A stretch of DNA of 58,193 nucleotides, counting the filler, from Dugesia japonica (Eukaryota): assembly GCA_001938525.1 (NCBI GenBank). It is 6 parts of 6 records of this genome, joined end to end, with 100 filler letters (N's around TTAATTAATTAA, not from the genome) between each part and the next. Parts side by side here need not be neighbours in the genome. Positions count along the whole stretch, not along the records: positions 50,008 to 58,193 come from MQRL01503583.1; 5 more parts are not named here. One strand, written 5' to 3'. The translations under genes were made by a program, and so were the position numbers. The notes under the pieces are model-generated. The model ran no database searches and was not told where the DNA came from. It saw nothing but the letters and a program-made list of their open reading frames with translations. The stretch's first letter is position 1, and the number at the start of each line of letters is the position of its first letter. Of this stretch, positions 52,660 to 58,193 are shown one piece after another.

Positions 52660-52945
52660 ATTATTACATAACTGAGGTTGTATTTTTCTATGCTTACAGG
52701 TTCTGGAGGAAACAAAACAATTTCCACTAAAATGGGAGGACGTTAGTAGGGAAGAGTATGAGAAGGCATAATTGATGTGGGAAATATTTTCATGTACAAA
52801 TTTTTTGGACACCATAATTTTATATTTAAAGCTGGATGTATATTTGTTAGCAGATTTTTCCAGCAATTCCGTGCAACAACAACAACTAGAAACCGTTAAA
52901 TTTTTTCGAAATACTTGGAATATCACGAGGATCTGCGTATAAGAG
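52660..52945 (+). pseudogene. Polinton pPolB fragment (Exo III region), not in the ORF track
   Basis: VVFFYAY (KGVFPY.Y-like), LEET..DVSREEYEKA*LMWEIFSCTNFLDTIILYLKLDVYLLADF/FQQFR, LE/PLNFFEILGIS (LDP..Y...PG.S-like); several frameshifts. Confidence 0.72.
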
Positions 52946-53549
52946 GGTTAAGATTCATTAACAGGCACCATCAAAAAATTATTACAATCTTAAAAACACC
53001 AATAGTTAATTACCTTTACACCTATATATCTTTCCTCCAAATGAAATGTTTTTTTAACATTTTTATACTACTTTCAAACTTTAACCAATCAAATTGTCGA
53101 TTAAAAAATTCAAAATTTCCTTCAATACCTATACCATCATCCTCCTCATCACACTACACTTCAAGCAAACTATCAACCACTAAAATCTATTAACTTCCCA
53201 CAAACATACAACCCTTCAAATATAAACGCGTGATAACCTATAAAAAAATAAAAAATATTTCAAAAGGTTTTGCGTCACACCCACATCATAGAAAAATTTC
53301 ATTTAAATGTTTTAATATCTGATAATTAATTACATTTAACGCATTACATTTTCCCCGTTCCGATAATTATTTGAACACCCTTATACTACTTACAAATATT
53401 AACCAATCAAATTCAACCCTAGCCAATCAGAAATTAAAGCAAAATCGACATCCAAATTCCTCCCCACACATTACCTTTCCAACAACCCATCAACAACAAA
53501 ATCCAACAAATACCCACAAACCTATTCGCTCTCAAAAAAATGAGTGTGC

Positions 53550-54440
53550 GATAACTCATAAGATGATTCAGTGCTGCTACCTACCCTTGTAGAGCAAACC
53601 ATCCATCCTAACCCATAAGTTCTTTAGACAATATATAAGCAGTATTTTGTATCAACACACCTATACAATAAAACCACTAAAAAAGTGCAATCGAGTAAAC
53701 TTGCACATTTTCACTTGAACATATACGCACACACACCACATCAACTTGACCTTCTTTATTTTAACCTCATCAACTTTCCAAACACACAAATTTTAAAAAA
53801 TTAAAAAATGCACACACACTTCAGAATGATAAAACTGATCCTATCAATAATAAATTTCATCCGATCAAAGATGCTTTGATCTCAAAATAAAATCCAAGTG
53901 ATCTACCACAAATAAATTCATAAATCACCTAAAATTCATTAATCACCTCCTCACCCGGGAAGGGGTGTACCAGTGCGCTACTACCTACCTACTTATCTTC
54001 TACAGTTTTGGTAAATAAATCAATCAACAAATATTTACATTTATTCAAGCAAACTAAATCATTCAAATTTTTATAATTTTCATTATTTACATCAAACAAA
54101 CATTCACAAGCATTCATATCACATACATTAGTGCTCAANNNNNNNNNNNNNNNNNNNNNNNNNNNNNNNNNNNNNNNNNNNNNNNNNNGATAACTCATAA
54201 GATGATTCAGTGCTGCTACCTACCCTTGTAGAGCAAACCATCCATCCTACCCCATAAGTTCTTTAGCCAATATATAAGCAGTATTTTTTATCAACACACC
54301 CATATCGTGAAACCACCAAAAAATTGCGAACTAATAACTGCACAATGCAATCGAGTAAACTTGCCTATTTGCACTTGCACACTTGCACACACACACACAC
54401 CAACTCAACTTGACCTACTTAATTTTAACCAACTCAACTT
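53550..54440 (+). repeat. Direct duplication (~53550-53780 vs 54189-54440) across an N gap
   Basis: GATAACTCATAAGATGATTCAGTGCTGCTACCTACCCTTGTAGAGC...TGCAATCGAGTAAACTTGC in both, diverging distally. Confidence 0.8.
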
Positions 54441-54868
54441 TCTTATAGTGCTGTTGAAGGCGCCCTTCTGTCGAGAAATCTCATGCATTGAAATTGATGG
54501 GTTATAGTCAACGAGTTTTTTTACATCTTCAATGAATTTTGGATTTTGAACTCACGGTTCTGCTTGATCGTGATTTTATCTGTAACTAACCAGTTTAACG
54601 TTCGTCTGAATCAACCAACTGCTTCTTGATTCCTTGAATTGTTCTCATAGGCAACTATGATTTCTCACAAATATCATTGTTGGTCATTCACTATGACCTT
54701 TCTTTTTCATTCTTCCGGCCACTGAAATTTGTTGAAATTTTGTAATATTTCCATTTTGGAATAAGGCATTTATCACATTAAATTTATTAATAAAAATAAT
54801 AATATAAATGTATTTTTTATAAGATTTTACATTTAGAAAATGGCGCTAATTCTACTCGCGCACCCTGT
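54440..54868 (-). mobile_element. Tc1/mariner-superfamily 5' remnant
   Basis: TA|CAGGGTG end on the minus strand; HTH-like FIEDVKKLVDYNPSISMHEISRQKGAFNSTIRK. Confidence 0.6.
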
Positions 54869-56162
54869 ATATTAAAAGTATATAAAAACCTATTAAAATT
54901 CAATTAATAATTGACAAACATTTGAGAGAACTTCAGATTAAAAAAAATATTTTTGATTTTTAATTTAAATAAAAAATGTATAATTTAGATAAACCAATAG
55001 AATTTTTATAAAATAAAATAATTTTGTAGCAAAGATCTATCATCCAATTGAATCTATCAAGAAGTCATCATTCCTGAAGAAGACAAGTCTCTAAAAATTA
55101 TAATTTCTGTTAAATACATTTTATTGTGATCGAAGCTTTTTCTTTATATTAATGAAATTTAAAACAATTTTAAAATATTTAATAATAATAAAATTGAATT
55201 GAATAAAATTATTTTAATTCATTATAATTATAATTTAAAAAATTTTCAAATATAAAAATAAATAATAAAATACAACTAATAATTAAACATTTAAAAAATT
55301 TTCAATTTAATTAAAAATACTGAGATTAAATTTTATATAAATTTATAATTTAATTAAACAGATAAAATTTTAATAAAATATAAATTATTATTAGACTTGT
55401 AATTGAGATTGATTTTTGAATCTCGTATGTTATTGCAATAAATTTAATTTGTAAACTTATTGGATACTTAAGGTTTTTATCAAGGCAATTTGTGTCAATA
55501 AAGTCAATTGAATCTTAAATTACTCAAAACTTGTTAATAATATGTAAAAACATCTTTGATTAAATAGAAGTATCTTATTTTAAAATTTATAAAGTCAAAA
55601 TTGTCAAACATTTGATCCAGNAGTCCAAAAATATTTCAAAAGGTCAAAAATTCTTTTAACCAGTCAAAATTTTAAAAAATTATCAAATTAATCTACGTCA
55701 TACTATAAAAAATCAACCATTTTTAATTATATATACTCAATGGTTTTTAATATATACTTTCATTAATTATCATTGGAATTTCTTCTATCCTGAAATAATA
55801 CCAAAAACCATTTTTAACAAATTTAAAAGTTCTTTGTTTTTGATTTTATAATAAAGCCTGTAATTTTCGATATCACTTCTTTAAGCAATATATGTAGCAT
55901 TTAATTCTCTATCGACTGGTATCAAAATATTATCTAACATATGAACATTTTGCGCCTGTACAAGGTTTTTAAAATTTAAAAGTTAAAATCCTTAATAACT
56001 CGTCATCAATACGTTAGATTGAACTTCTGAGGTAGGAGTAATGTCCGTCATTTGATTACGAGTCCATCAATACTAAGTTTTGCATCATAGCATGTATATA
56101 CTTGTTTTAAATTTAATTTTTTAAATATAAAAGTCTTTAAGCTCTAAGAATTAAGTCACATT

Positions 56163-56416
56163 ACAATGATGTGGACCACTTGATTGCCACCTTAACACCT
56201 ACTCAAACAAAGAACCACACAAAACATGAACTGTTTAAAGGTATTGGAAGGCCAACCCAGCCTGATGTCACAAGATGGACAAATTAGTTAAATGTTGTTC
56301 TAGTGCTATCCTGAGCACTTTGTGACGATCAAAGCAATTATTGACGACTTTACAGATGATGGAAGACTTGTAAAATGGGCAGAATTAAGTGTTTCAAATC
56401 CAACAGTAGCCAAGAG
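56163..56416 (+). mobile_element. hAT-family transposase fragment
   Basis: NDVDHLIATL..KHELFKGIGRPTQPDVTRWTN*LN../HFVTIKAIIDDFTDDGRLVKWA (P.P..TRW..W motif). Confidence 0.65.
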
Positions 56417-56725
56417 AGTAGGTAGCGCACTAGAACAGCACACATTTGTGAGCTCAATTTTCTTTGCGTAGATAACTCGTATGGTTTCAAATTTGATATT
56501 ATTTTACTCAGGAAGAAAATCTGACTGCACAAAGTAGTAGATAGATCCTAGAACATGTAACACACCCTCCTCTGAGGTAGAAATATTTTCAAGGTAAAAA
56601 ATTTTACGTATACTTGATTCTGATTGGAGGAAAGTTATTCAGGGTCAAACTGCCTACGTATACTCGATTCTGATTGGTGGAATATTTCAGGGTCGAAACG
56701 GCTCATTTTTCTCATATCTGATTTC
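56417..56725 (+). repeat. Candidate Polinton-type left end with ~50-bp sub-terminal repeats
   Basis: AGTAGGTAGCGCACT at 56417, AGTAGTAG at 56533, tandem TACGTATACT.GATTCTGATTGG..CAGGGTC units. Confidence 0.4.
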
Positions 56726-57604
56726 TCGAAAATTTCAAGGTCATATTATTTCATATTATTATTATTTTTATTATTATCCCCTTTTTAAAAATTTTATACC
56801 CTTTTTAAATTTATTTTAAAAATTTTATCCCCTTTTTAAATTTCTTTTAAAAATTTTACAATAAAAATTATAATTATAAATAACTTAACAATTTAAATAA
56901 AATCATTACAATAAAATTGAAATAAAATTATAATCAAATTAAAATAAAATCATTAACTTAAAATTATTAAAATTAAATCATTAACTTATAATTATTAAAG
57001 AAAGTTATTAACCTAAAATTAAATTTTAATAAATTTGACCTCTATTCATAAATTCATTTGTCATATTTTTAAAAATTCATTAGACATATCATTTATTTTT
57101 TCAGTCTAAAATACAAATCAATAACAAGAAATTAATTAATTAAACTTACCATGTTAAGGCTTCTATTCATGTTTGTGGAAATATTTTCCTTTGAATCCAT
57201 TTTGTTATTATCTAGAATATAAAATCATTAAAATAAATTAACGAATAAATAATCACTTACTTTGTGATTGAATTATGAAATAATGAGGAGATATTGATTT
57301 TTCAAGGTCATCTACCATTTTATTTATTTAGCTTAGTTAAACGAAAATAAATAAATAATTTCTATATAATAATAATTAATTTAATATACCTAAACAAAAA
57401 TTAATTTATTGTTAATTTAAAATTTATTAATTAAAAACTTTATAATTAAAGTCTATTGAAGTTTAAAAACATTTTCAAACCAATAAAATGTTATAAAACT
57501 CTATAAGAATATGAAAAACTATACAGGTAACTTATAAAATCCAATAATATTCTAAAAAAACCTTATTAAAACTTTAATTTATCGTGCATTTCATTGTTTC
57601 TATT

Positions 57605-57765
57605 GAGTTTTCTGTGTTATAGTTGAATAAGTGTTGTAGTTTTCTTTATTATAGTTGAATTCAAGTAGTACTTTCTTTGTTATAGTTGCGTTCGTGTTGT
57701 ATTTTCCTTATTATAGTTGAATTCATGTTGCATTAGTGTTGAATTTTCATTGTTATAGTTACATT
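57605..57765 (+). repeat. ~35-bp tandem repeat
   Basis: TTATAGTTGAAT..GTGTTGTA.TTTTC units, 4-5 copies. Confidence 0.75.
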
Positions 57766-57889
57766 TTTGTTTTTTTGTAATAAATGCTTGATTTTTGTAG
57801 GAATAGAAAAAATTGTTTTTCTTTTTTCCTTTTTCTGTTTAATTTTGATTTTAAATTTTTTTATCAATATCTTTTTTTTTATTATTATT

Positions 57890-58090
57890 TTTTTCTATGC
57901 AATTCTTAGAAATATTTTGTTGACATCTATGCAATTTTTAAAATATTTTGTTAACGTCTATGTAATTTAAACAATTTTTTGTAGACTTATATGTAATTTA
58001 TAAAATATTTCACATACTTCTATGTAATTTATAAAAAGGTTTAATGGCTTCTATGTAATTTATAAAATATTTTAACGACATCTATGTAAA
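57890..58090 (+). repeat. ~31-bp tandem repeat
   Basis: CTATGTAATTTATAAAATATTT units, about 7 copies. Confidence 0.8.
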
Positions 58091-58193
58091 AAATTGAAAT
58101 ATCTTAGTAAGATAACACACAAAAGACTATTATGAGAAAGCTTTCTTTAAATCAGACACATGTTCTTTATTACACACTGAAAAATTCAATCAA

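Overview
Very AT-rich eukaryotic DNA. The PTB gene with 45-49 nt GT-AG introns marks it as animal; together with the (AAT)n tracts and TE spectrum this would fit a planarian-like genome, but that is inference only. The window is not one locus. Five artificial spacers (N-run, TTAATTAATTAA, N-run) join six unrelated ~9-10 kb scaffolds, so features cannot be linked across spacers. Scaffold 2 (10143-20520) is almost entirely a decayed Polinton/Maverick (adintovirus-type endogenous virus). It has a candidate AGTAATAGT left end, a zinc-finger/vOTU/EndoVII-type pPolB truncated by an internal deletion, an adenovirus pX-like protein, a conserved hypothetical protein, a penton, an adenain-like protease, a fibre-like protein with four tandem mosaic domains, a 2-TM protein, an acidic helix-turn-helix-like protein, and a convergent packaging ATPase. 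A sub-terminal regulatory-looking block recurs inverted inside the element. Scaffold 6 holds remnants of further Polinton(s): a major capsid C-terminus, a pPolB Exo-III fragment and AGTAG-type ends. The rest is TE debris (Ty3/gypsy, mariner, a Helitron with a nested MULE, MITEs of MULE/hAT/piggyBac/pogo type, an R2-clade fragment) and one clear host gene, the 3' exons of PTBP. All family calls come from motif recognition by eye; no database searches were run.
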